From the NCBI GenBank assembly GCA_964035545.1, contig OZ037770.1, positions 13,630,642-13,694,641 of the forward strand: a stretch of 64,000 nucleotides of DNA, read 5' to 3'. Positions 39,250 to 51,829 of the stretch are shown here, piece by piece. The first letter of the stretch is position 1. Every line of letters begins with the position of its first letter. Origin of the DNA: Bugula neritina (Eukaryota > Animalia > Bryozoa). A program made the translations under genes and the position numbers. The notes under the pieces are model-generated. The model had not been told where the DNA came from. It saw only the letters and a program-made list of their open reading frames with translations, and made no database searches.

Positions 39250-42200
39250 CCCAACTATTAGCATTCTACTGTGCTTTAAAAAAGTTGTAACCCTCATATT
39301 TGGTTTTGCTGCTTATCTGCTTAAGGGCAAGTTCATATGTTGGCCTACAAATCTTTCTCAGTTGTCATGCAAGATGTGTGCAGGCAGTTCTGGGACTATA
39401 GAAACTAGACAAGCAATCTATTTGTATAAGTATATTGTGATGCATTGATGCAGCATCACTTGTGATGAAATAGTATCTCTCTAAATACAACATATCCTAC
39501 AGATTATTGGACATTCAACACTTCCATTATATTACATAACACTGTCAAAGAGATGCCCTTTCAGATAACAGGCTGTATGATGCACCACTCATTCACTCAT
39601 CATAACACTGCTGAAATCTTAAACTAACTATAAATATGCATGTGCCACAATGCTCAAGATCTTTTGTAATCTAGTCACGTTTAAGTTCTTTGCATATGAA
39701 AACCATTTTCTATCCATAATAAATGCTGAGTAGCAAAACATGGCGTGGGATGACAATCTAATCGTCATTATTTTTAAAAGAATGTTACTTAAAATGAAAG
39801 TCATAAATACATTATATTATTTTTATATTCTTACATTGGAATTTGACCCAAAATTTTCTCTAGTATGAAAATAAGTGTCATTCCTCTGCAACCAAGCATA
39901 ACATTATTTAACAACCCATCACAAGTTTTAGAGGTTATGAAGAGACATTGAAAATAATTAATTGAAAAATAATTAATAAATGGGCCAATAGATTCAAATA
40001 TCTTATTTTAAATATTTGGAAGAAAATTAAGAAAGCAGTTGACTTGAATAGTAGACATTAGTTACTAACTTTAGCTACTAAAATTATCTAACGATAACCT
40101 AAAGCAGGACATTGAAATTATGACAGCAGCGCACTTTATGCCATTTAGGTGAAGAAAGCCTAAGTCATTTAATGATCTTTATTTGAAATTAACAAAATTG
40201 CTGTTGCACAAAGAATCCTCATGCCTGAGTTAATGACAAGCTAGAGTGTCTATTCTCACTTTTCGAGACCACATGTGTGACAACTGATTCCAAAACACAT
40301 AACTTTTAATTTAGTTTCATGATTTTTAAAGACTGTGAGTTTTGGATTTAAACTACAAGATGATGTAAGTCTATAGTTAAAATGATAAAGCTCTGTTACC
40401 ATGTACTTTGAGTTTGATAATGTTATAGTTACATAAAATCACTCAGAAAAAATTAAAATATAAATGAGTTGTACAACTACAAGTCAATTAAGTTTTAATT
40501 TGCTGACATTTTATCTAATTGAGTTATTTACCATACTAATATCAATATGTTCTCAATGCTCATGTAGGGGTAATAATAAGATAAATATACACACTAAGCA
40601 AGTAATTACAGAGTGTCAGCGTAACACTAACTGTAGCCCACAGGATAATGAAAGTCACTGTTTATTGGCACTGCAACATAAACATTCGTAACTTACACTT
40701 ATAACTATAGTTCTACATTAATGCTTAATTTATTATTGCAATAGTCATTACAACACTGCGAGTTTTAGGTTATTTATTTTATACGACATGAGTCATGACT
40801 GGTGACTGTGATTGACTGTGTCTGTTGCAGGTTGGTTCGAGAGCGAAAGTCAAGATGAGAGTGAGGCTTGATCAGCTTCACACTTTTAGTTTTACTTTAA
40901 ACTCTAAACAAAATCTCATTAAGTCATTTTGATAGTAGAGTGATGGTGATACTCATAGTAATACTGTTAGTGATACTAATCCCGCTTCTACTTCTAGGTG
41001 GAAACTCAAGCTGAAATTCTTATTCAGTTAACTTATTCTTAATCAGTAATCACATTGACATTGTGATTGAGCTTTTACTTAGAGTTAGATTGAATCATTG
41101 ATATTGAATTCAATGATTAATTGTCTAATGCAAAACTAAATGACTATGAGTTAGTGTTAGTGAAACTGACTAACAGTAACACTTACACTAACAGTAACAG
41201 TAAATGAAACTCAGTTTGAAATACATTTTCAGTTTGACAATTTGAAACTCAAACTCAGTCTGACTTTGATTGACTTTATTAGTAACGAAACTATATTTGT
41301 TGAACCTGAAAAATATGAGGTATTGTGCATTATAAGAAATATTGCATTAATCTCGACAGTCAGTTCAATTGATAATAGTTACCTTTCTTGGGGGCAAGAA
41401 AAGAATGTATGGTATGGCTCTGGAATTCCAAATATGTACTATCGCCTAAGTTGGCATCCGGAATAATGGCAATATTGCGCGTCCGTAATGCGCATATAAC
41501 TTTGTTAGCCTCTGTTTCTTACCAAGAGAAGATAACTTTTCCCAAACAATGGTTCTGTGCTATCAGTTAATCATTTTGATAGTTCACAATAAAATATTAA
41601 TTGCATAATATTATTTTGATATAGGTTACAACCTCTAAACCTCACGCCAATACTCTACACAGTTTCCTATTAATTTGCTTTATTAATATCAATGTTTGTA
41701 CTATATGAGTATAAATACTATATAAAACTGAATGTTTACTATAACTTAACTATTTAACTTATAACTATTAGTATTACTATAACTTATACTTATAGTATAA
41801 GTATAAGTAAAACTAAAAGTATGAGTCTCAGTCTAAGTATCAGTATGAGATTATCATTAATTTTTAAATATATTAACTTTAATATTTTTTATTAGTATTA
41901 CTGGTATTAGCCTGCTGTTACTTACTCATACTGATAGTGATGCTTTTAGTTTTAGTTTTACTTTACAGTTTTCCTTAAGTTCAACTTAATCCTTACTCTT
42001 GGCCTTACAGTTACACAGTTATACTTATAGTTGCTATTAGTATAAGTATTGGTATCACTATTAGTGTAAGTGTTACTCTAACTCACTCTAAGTCTAACTC
42101 TTACACGTTGACTTACACTTACAGTGTCATGTATGACTATGAGACTGAGTATCAAGATGACTATCACTATGAGTATGAGTAATCAGCGTAACATTAACTA

Positions 42201-42738
42201 TGACATTATGATTAAGTATAAGTATAACTATAAGGGATTAACTTTAAGGCCAAAAGTAAGTAGTACTACTGCTATTAGTATAACTATTAGTATTAGTATT
42301 GCTGATAATAATTACTATAACTATTACTATTAGACTTGGTCTAAATTTTTAATTTGTTATCTTATTTCAAATCTCATTTTACAAGCTTATGCTGCATGAT
42401 TTCATTAAAAATTAATCAAAATTTTAAAGTTTGAAAATGAATGTTAACGTAAATGTTATATTCAAAGTCATCTCTAGCTTCATGTTTTCTACTATCACTC
42501 ATGTACTCAGTTAGTTGAGGCATCACTCATCACAATTTAAAACTTGCTAACTTTTTGGGCTAAAGTTGAAATCAAAGTTGCTCTTACCAGTAATGATACC
42601 CGAAACTACCCTCTAGCTTATCACAATTTTAAGAACTCGGATTAAGTTTGTTTGCTGGTGTAAACTCTGTTTTTAAGGCTGACAATTTAAACATGCTTAT
42701 ATTATTTATTTTAATTTAATAATTATGTTGTTTTTAGT

Positions 42739-45700
42739 ATGGAGCTAGCTGCAAACTTTGAGGGTGATGAAGAGAACCCCCATCAGTATGTCCAGTGTGG
42801 GTTCTGTTTACAGATAGGCTCCAATATGAATGATCCCAGGCTACTGCCTTGCACACACGCACACTGCTGTAAATGTTTGCTGGGCTATTACGACTTGTAT
42901 AAAGTGCTCCGTTGCCCTTTACTAATATGTGGGTAAGCTAAAGTGTGTACTATTGTGTGGGTAGGCTGAGGTGTGTACTATTGTGTGGGTAGGCTGAGGT
43001 GTGTACTATTGTGTGGGTAGGTTAAGAGGTAATTCACAAAATAGTATTTAACTGAAGGAGGCCTGAAAATAAAAAGTAAACCAGATTTGAAGTTCATTAT
43101 TTTTTGCATAAGAAATAATATTTGTAAAATTGTTTTGATATAAATACGTAAGCTCTGTAAACTTCTGTATCTGATATTAGACTTTAGTATACGATATTTT
43201 TATATAGCTTTAATTTATCCTCATTTCATTTTCGTATGACTTGGTTTGGTAAATTGTTATAACTCCATATTTAGTTAACTTTATATTTTGTTTCTTATCT
43301 AGCTGTAAAGTCTGCAATTCCACAATTTTGCGTTTCTTACCTCCTTTAAGGCCTGGCCTTAGCTCGTAAGAATCACACGAAACTTGTGTGACGATTTTCG
43401 TGAGTTATCCTCTCGTTATGACCAGCCACACACTCGTGGGACGAAATACTTAATAAATAGTATGTGAATAAGTCTTACACGAGATACAAACAGCAGAAAA
43501 TTGCCAAACAGAGAAACGTGGTAGAAATGAAATAATTACTGTTGCTAAACTTCTATTGACCAATAAAATGGTGCTTATCGTTAATTGCGATTTTTCGTCC
43601 ATTTTCTTCGATGGGTGCCCCCAACGAAAACAATTTCGTTTGAATTCCCTCAAATTTGATCGTACGTTTGTGTTTTCGTGTCAAATAGACGATTTCGTGT
43701 GATTTTCACGAGCGTGAGGCCAGGCCTTTAGCCCAAAATTTTTACTTTCCGTAAAGTTTCTCAGACTATTTAAAATATTGAGTATTTTACTTGCAGGCAA
43801 GTGTATGACGCTACAGTTGACACATTACCTGCGCATCCTGCCATGGGAGAGAACTCTTCAGCTTGTACAAACTGTAGTAATCTGGCCGTCATGTTCTGTA
43901 CTCTGTGTTCAGAGAAGTTGTGCACTCATCACGAACTGGTAAGTTACTGTAATGTGTTGACCTGGTAAAATATACACACGTCTGGCACAAATTTAGATAA
44001 ACAATTTTATTTATGCAATTTTTGTTTTTAAAATCAGCACAATGTGCATATGGGATGAGTCTAGTATAAATTGTCAACTCAGCAGGAAATAAAATTAGAA
44101 TTTTTTTGACCTAGTTATCTAGGTTTGACCTAGTTTAACTAGTTCGCTAGTTACAATTCCACTAGTTATCTATTCTACGTTTATTTTATTATTAAAATTT
44201 GTTGAACTGTATTAACTTTTAGTGACATTGTCTTTTGTTTTATAGAATGTCTGTGTTCACAGTAATGCTTAGGAGTTCACATTTAGATGATATCTATATA
44301 TCTCGCCATTTTACTCTTCCTAACAGATGAAATATGTTGCAGTCACATGACAAGACTCACAGTGGTCATCCCAAAGTGACTATAGAAGAATATCTGCAGA
44401 GACGAAGTAGACTACAGAAAGGAGAATGTGAGAAACATGTGACGTTACGTTGCACCACCGGATGTTCAGTCTGTCTCATTACTCTCTGTGACGTCTGCAC
44501 CACGGAGTTGAAGGAGTCATGCTGTGATGGTGCGTAGTACGTGACTGTCTCTGCAGTTCCACTGTTGATTGGTATCCTAGCAACAGCACTGTTTACTCCA
44601 AGTAGTAGTACTTGCTATCCCTCTAGGTAGAGTAAGATGTCTGCTTGCAAGTTAATAAGTGGCTTCAGAGTGCAATCGGTGACTTGCATATCGGAAGTCA
44701 CCATTCATTTAAGTGTTAATTGAGCTAAGCCTAGTCTTTCATCCTGCTCTCAGCTCTTCTCTTGTGTCTCTCATCTCATCTTCAAAAATATACCCTGTAA
44801 CACAGATCTCCATTTGGTAGCATTCCATTCCCAGGTTTCTGTTTTTGCAGTTCCTCTGTTGATTGGTATCCTAGCAACAGCACAGTTTATTCTAAACTTG
44901 ACCTCTTAACCTGCTAGAAGGTTAAGCTGCATTATATTAAAACTTTTAATTCAGGAGAAGCACACAGGCTGAAACCTTTGGAGGAACTGGTGGGGGATCT
45001 GATGAAAGAAGTTAACCAGCTGAAGGCCGACATCTTGAACAGAGAAGAAGACAACTCTAAGTTATTTAAGAAAACTTCTGAGGTTTTGGCAGAGTATAAT
45101 ACTGAAACTAAGGAGCTAATAAGGACTTTGCACAGAGTTAGGGATGAACAGGTACATAATAATGAAAGTTAGGGGTGAACAGGTACAGTATAATGAAAGT
45201 TAGGGGTGAACAGGTACAGTATAATGAAAGTTAGAGGTGAGCAGGTACATGATAATGAAAGTTAGGGGTGAACAGGTACATGATAATGAAAGTTAGGGGT
45301 GAGCAGGTACAGTATAATGAAAGTTAGGGGTGAACAGGTACAGTATAATGAAAGTTAGAGGTGAGCAGGTACATGATAATGAAAGTTAGGGATGAGCAGG
45401 TACATGATAATGAAAGTTAGGGATGAACAAATACATGATAATGAAAGTTAGGAGTGTAAATGTAGATAATAATGTGAATTAGGAATGAGCAGTGAAGTGA
45501 ATGGGCTCTGAGAATGGTCAGGTGTATTAAACCTAGAGATGAGCAAGTGTATAGTAATTGAAACTACTTCCGTAATTGTTTCTTTACATATATAGAGTTA
45601 GAGGTGTTATGCTACATTTAGGAGGCCTAAAATGAAAACATCACTGAAAACTAAAACTAAACAGACGTACACTTGGGAATAGTTAAGCAGGTCTTTTATC

Positions 45701-48159
45701 TTACAGATGACTGCCTTGCACCAAAAGTATAATGAATTAGAGACAGATCTCATTGAGAGAAGAGATATACCGAGAGAAAATGTGAAAAGCTTCATGGAAA
45801 ATGAAGTTAGTACAAGAGTATTAGAGTTGTATAGATGCAGACGGATGATAGATGCTGCACTGGAAACCCCTAATCAGGTTAGTTGACAGGGGAGAGAACT
45901 CTGAATATGTCAGTTTCTTCTCTATTTGACTCTAAATGCTTAGCATAAAGATGTATACATGTTTAAGATAGATATTAAAATTAGACTTACAAATTTCACG
46001 CAAGTGTATTATTATGTGAGGCTATTCTTTGTTCAATATTTTTTGTTTAGTGACATAAAAGAATTTTTCTAAATGCATATAAAATAATTGTGGGTAAGTA
46101 TCGAACATTTTGATGTTAAAAAATTTTTGAGCACCCGAGTAATTTTGAAATTTCACCAATTGATGTAAATCAAAATGGCTTTTCCATTTTTTACTTTCAA
46201 TAAAAAATTGAGTTAATACATTAACTTAAAATAAAACACTTTATACTTTATACAATTCTGTAAGTTGTTCCATCATTCCGGAGTAGCACCATATACTATT
46301 GTGTTGGTTAATTGATAGCATATTAATCTTTACTTGTGTTATGATACCCAGGCAGAGGTTATGGCCAAGTACAATGCTATTAAAGACAAAGTGGCTACAT
46401 TGATGTCTCAAGACTATCCTGAGTTACAGGTTAAAGGTCAAATAAGTCTAGAAGTCAATGGTAATTAAAATCGTGTTCATTTTGCATTAGAATAAATTTT
46501 CCATGTGTTAATCCTTATAAACATTCACTAATTTTTCATTTGTCGATCTCTGTTGAACATGCGCCAGTTTAAAACAGCCTAAGAAATGAAACTTATTTTG
46601 AACTGTGTGAGCTGTTCAGGTGAATGTTTTTTTTCACGAATTTAAGTTTAAGTTGAGATATAGACTGGCTCAGACAGTCTAGGTTCGACACCCGTTTTGA
46701 ACTTGTTGCTCTTAGATGCATGTATAGTTTCTTCTTCTGCTTTAAACTTAGAAAACCAGTAGTTTATCACTTAGATGTATAATTTTATAGTATAAATTTC
46801 GTTTTGTAAAGTCAAGTGAATAATACCAGTTTCACAAACAATTATCTTTCAATTATTGTTCTCATTTTTCAAGTTTTGTTATTTGCATTTAGGTTCAGGT
46901 ATTTTTGTTGTTTTGATAGCAAGTTTCATAATTTTGATGCAGAAAGTAAAAGAGACGTGGAAGTGAAGATGTCATTTGCCAGGCACAGACGTCTTGACAT
47001 AGATGGACTAACAGTTCCTCGGATACCCCATTCACTCTCTCTGGTTGCCTCAGTAGACATGCCTGCCAGTAAGAAATTCAACTCCATAACTGACTCGTAT
47101 TATTATGAAGGCATCACGTATCTCTCCAGGAGTGCTCAGACTATAGACATCATTGACAATGAACACAAGTATCTCGGGCAACGTTTTGTTCTTGGCTTTG
47201 AAACTCAATGTTTTACAGTGTATGATGATAGGATATACGTGATGCAACATGGTAGCCGTCATTGTGTATTAGTTTATAATCTCCAAGGCAAAAGAATCGA
47301 TCAGTGGAATTATTATGATTTCAATAAAGGTACTGCCAACATGCTTGCTATAGTTAATGGTCAGGTTATCATTGCTGATCGAGCCAATCAACAGGTTAAC
47401 ATTTACTCTCTGAATGGAGAGATTAGGAAACAATTCCCTTGTTCCTTGATATCGGACTACGAGCTGACAATCTGCTCTGCAGGCAGAGAATCTGTTATTA
47501 TGACAGACGTCTGCTTGCATAAGATATTCAGGTTTAGTTTGCTGACTGGTGAGGTTGTATGGCTGTCTACAGCAATCAGATTTCCTAAATACATGGCCAG
47601 TTACAGAGATAAATACGTGCTAGTATCGTGCCTTTACGAGTTTCATAATATCTGGGTTCTGGACATTGAGACAGGTAAGAATTGTTATAAATTCAATGTT
47701 TTCCTTCCTTTAAATTGGGTATAAAATTTGCTAGTGATTTGTAATGCTAGTGATTTGTAATGTAGTAATCACACAAATTGAATAGTATTTTTGTTTACAG
47801 AACTAATATTGAAAATACTAATTATTTAGTAATGTAAGCTCTCTTAGTGATCGTATTGAGGCTTCATCCATAATTCACACACCATGTTACTAAAAACTCT
47901 CTCTTTCTGCTATGCCTCTAAATACAGTAAGATGTCTGCTTCCAATTTGGTTTATTTTACTAGAAAAAATACTTCAATGGCCTAAAAGACAACTACACAG
48001 ACTACTCCATAATTGTATTTTCTATCTTTAGGTGAACGCCTTTTTGAGTTGGTAGATCCTTTACAGAAAGCTGAAGGAATTCCAGCCAGTTTACAGATAC
48101 ATGGAGATACTCTACTCAGACAAGACCATCAGACTATACGATATTATAAACTACGATGA
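42739..48159 (+). CDS. TRIM-like protein: RING, B-box(es), coiled coil, C-terminal NHL/WD-like beta-propeller (paralog 1)
   Basis: Exons ~42739-42932, 43797-43938, 44343-44529, 44955-45151, 45707-45877, 46352-46460, 46943-47674, 48032-48159. RING CGFC...PRLLPCTHAHCCKC...CP, B-boxes CTNC...CTLC...CTHH and CEKH...CSVC...CDVC, helical middle region, beta-strand-rich C-terminal exon. Confidence 0.85.
43349..43727. mobile_element. MITE, PIF/Harbinger (Tourist)-like, in TRIM paralog 1 intron 1
   Basis: ~35-bp imperfect TIRs (AGGCCTGGCCTTAGCTCGTAAGAATCACACGAAA / TTTCGTGTGATTTTCACGAGCGTGAGGCCAGGCCT), TTA on both flanks, no coding capacity. Confidence 0.85.
45137..45450 (+). repeat. 31-bp minisatellite x~10 spanning the TRIM paralog 1 exon 4 donor
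   Basis: Unit AGTTAGGGGTGAACAG|GTACAGTATAATGAA. Confidence 0.95.
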
Positions 48160-48564
48160 TTCCGGAATAGTTTTATCCGTTTGTCAGATTCATCCACATG
48201 ATAATTGTCTATAATATTTATTATACTAAGCTCTAACCCCTAGACCCCGGCTGCTGTAATAGCCTATATCATGCTACATATATTTTCTCTGTCGTAATAG
48301 CCGTGTAAATAAATTAAATAATATGCAATATTTGGTTACAAGCTGCTTACATTTATAATTATACAAATCTCTAAAATATTTTTGTGACATATTTAGCACT
48401 TGAAATTTTTTTTATAAATAATAAAAAATACTAAACTTTTGACTATTTAAACTAGAAAATTTTAAATTAAAATAATAAATATGTGTGGCCAAAATATTAC
48501 AGATAATTTCAACATTGGAATAACTGAATTCAGAGTTCAGATATGTTTCATAGTCACGCTCTTC

Positions 48565-51500
48565 TTATCTCAGAATATAAAACAGAACTTTCCCTGATGA
48601 CCTGGGTACAATCACTTTGTTCTCTTCAACACATAAATCAAAGACATCAGCTAAAACAAGTTTGGTACGATCAGGATCCTTAATCTTCTGTAGGAAGTCA
48701 CCTACAGGCAAATTAGAATTATCACATGGCAATAGTTATAAAAAGCGTACAACTCTGTGATGTTGAGTTGTATCGCATTAAAAATGAAATGTTACATAAT
48801 AGACCCCATTTTAAAAAATACTACATATAATCCACAAAGAAGCAAACTTCAGTATTATTTGTTAAAAAAAACTAACTGGAAATGAAGAACAAATATGGGA
48901 TAAAACAAAAATTAATGCATATTTGAATTATCCCATGCTTAAATAAAATATACTCGTATGGAAACTATATGCTTTTAGAAGCTATGCACTCAGAAGTATA
49001 TGTTCAAATTTAAACCAACCTGTTTCAAGATCCAGTATCCAGAAAACAGTTCGACTACTGCGTTTGGTTACAAGAACATATCTGTTGACATAGGAAGCCA
49101 CACCCTTAGGGTTGGTGACCGCGGTGGACACCCACGCCACCTCCTCACTGCTGAGCACATATTTGAATACACGAGATGATTGGCTATCAGATATAATGAG
49201 AGAGTCATCACCGGCAGCGCACATAGATATGAACTTTCTACCCAATAATGAACAAGGTTTATACGTCAGTACCTTCCCTTCCAAAGAGTAAACAACGAGT
49301 CGACTGTTCACTACATCTGGAATCACAACCTGGTCATTCATTACGACAAATTTAATACTATGGTTTGGGTGGTCAGCATAGTCCCAGCTGGCAATGAGGT
49401 TACCCGACAAATCATGTATAAACATCTTAAAAGGTGGACCACGAATCATCGAGTATATATTGTCTTTATAAACTTGCACGCCGATAGGCATGTTATTGTA
49501 TCTAATAAAACATTTTGAAAGACGGTTGGTGTCATCTATTCGTTCCACCGCATGACATAACCTCTCGGGACGAGAACAGGCGAAGTTGAAGTATGAATTG
49601 CAACTACCTCCCCACTTGGTGTGGCACATTCTGGTAACATAAGTCACGCCCCGATGGCTATCAACACCATCTATACTGTGATATGCTTTTGTAACCTTCA
49701 CCTTAGCCATAGATCTAGGAATCGGATATCGTCTCAAACCTGACAAAGTTAAGCTAGAGTATTCACTGATAACTATTCTAGCTTCAATCTCTCTTTTCTT
49801 CACATCTACAAACAAATAAATATTCGGTAATCAAATGACACTTCAACACTGCTAAAGTTGATGCACCTAGAATTGTAATAACTAATCTAATTAAATAATT
49901 TATCAGCTGACTGATCGACACCAACTTTCAATTTGATGAAAAAACATTGAGTGGAGTTGTCAATATGTGCAACGCTAAACATTAGCAAACACTACATGAC
50001 AGGAAGTGAGTCATTGCAACTCAAACAGGAAACTCAGCAGAAGACACATGACCATATTGTCTAATATTTATCCAATCACTGAAACAAAAAAATTTTGGGC
50101 AACATTTACATAAATCAAAGTGACATTGTATATAATTCAAATTAACCATACAAAGTTCATAGTTAATTTATTTTATAGCAATTTTATTTTATATTTTAAC
50201 AGCTTTTTACTTCAAATAGCGTCTTGAAAAGAAAAGATAACTCGAAAATTAGCATCTATTTATCTCCTAACCTTTGATATCTAAAGTTTTCATGTCCTCT
50301 AGTTCCAGTTTAGAAACATCCTGAGACATCAATGCATTGATCTCACCAACAGTATCTTGATAGTCAGTGACAAAGGTAACCTAAAGCCAACAATGAACAA
50401 ATACCAGAAATCATGACAAGTGAAAGTTCCATGCAATACAAAAACATGCAAAATGTAAGTTTTCATTGAAAAACTCTGAAAAATTACGTATACAACATAG
50501 CAAAATATAACTAAAAATCCAAACAGCTACTTGGATTTAGATGTATACTATAAACATAAAAACCTGATTTGATTGCTGAATTTTAGCCTGTAATCTTAAC
50601 AGACTTTTGTTCAATTCCAAGAGATGCACTCTTATGACATCCTCCATGAAGCTTTCCATCTGACCAGCAGTGCCTCCTCTAGCAGTGAGCAAAGAGTTTT
50701 CTAAGTCATCGTACTTGGCCCTCAATCCATTTATCTGAAACCAAAAATAAGTTTTCCTTTGGAAACTTATAACAGGTCACACCTTACTCTTATGATTATG
50801 AATATATACCTGGTCATCCCTAGCTCTTATTATTATGAATATATACCTGGTCATCCCTAGCTTGGTGCAAAGTTTCTAATGATTCTCTAGTTTCCGAATC
50901 ATAATCCGATAAAAACTCAGAAGTAATTCTAAGCATCTTTGAAGTGTATTTTTCTTTATCCATGATATCTGTTTTCATTCCATTGAGTTCTTCAATTACT
51001 TTCTCTAAAGATATAAGCTCGTGTGATGACCCTAAAATGCCCAAATAATTGGAACATTAAATCAAAATGATAGGGGATCAAGCAAGCACCATTGGTGTTA
51101 TTTTTAGTGTTTATTTACTGTAAGAATTCCACCTACCTCCAATGCAGAAGCTTTCTTTAGCCAAACACTGCACACAGAAGATGGCAAGACATGTAGAACA
51201 GCCCATTGTAGGTATCTCATCAGAATGGAGGTCACATGACTTTGTCACAGTTTGATGGCCGCCATCAATTCCCTCACGCTGCTGCACGAGTGCAAACAAT
51301 TAAGATTTTTCTAAAATTGATACGTCAAACTCATCTGAAAAATGCTTTGTTTTAGGAGAAAATTTACCATTAGATGATCGGAGCTAAATCTCTCCGGACA
51401 TGAATGGTAGGATACTGTGTTTTCATTCTTTTCACTTTCTCCTATAACAGCCAAAGGAAGGTCATTCACTGCAATCTCACTAACCTGCCTAATAATAAAC

Positions 51501-51829
51501 ATTCCTCATTTCAGCAAACACTTTGTCAAAAAATAATGTGTCAAATATGTATGACAGATAGTTAGGCTAAACAAGTATAAACACAAAAGATATTAACCCA
51601 CTAGTTGTAGTATAATATACACGTGATGTTCGAATCCAGTGCAAGTCAATTACCTGCATGGAGGAATGGGGCACTGACAAAAGCCTGTTAGAACAACAAA
51701 CCCTTCTATACACTCTGAACAATGAATATGAGAGCACGGCAAGACTTTTGGCTTATGGTGTATTTCAAATTGTCTTGAGCAAAACCCACAGTAGTTTTCG
51801 ATTGAGTTCTCAGATGAAGCTTCAGCCAT
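48565..51829 (-). CDS. TRIM-like protein paralog 2 (RING, B-box, coiled coil, beta-propeller)
   Basis: Exons ~51829-51654, 51488-51368, 51281-51137, 51031-50847, 50734-50564, 50380-50272, 49805-49020, 48701-48565. Same intron positions and clear peptide similarity to paralog 1, e.g. TSEFLSDYDSETRESLETLHQARDDQ vs TSEVLAEYNTETKELIRTLHRVRDEQ, and WILDLETG vs WVLDIETG. Confidence 0.85.

Noticed and set aside
38691-39254. 187-aa Thr-rich (mucin-like) ORF fused to the TEAD N-terminus
   Set aside because: The Thr run is an (ACT)n microsatellite. A good acceptor (TTCCAG) sits immediately before the ATG at 38876, and the ORF start is a non-ATG codon.
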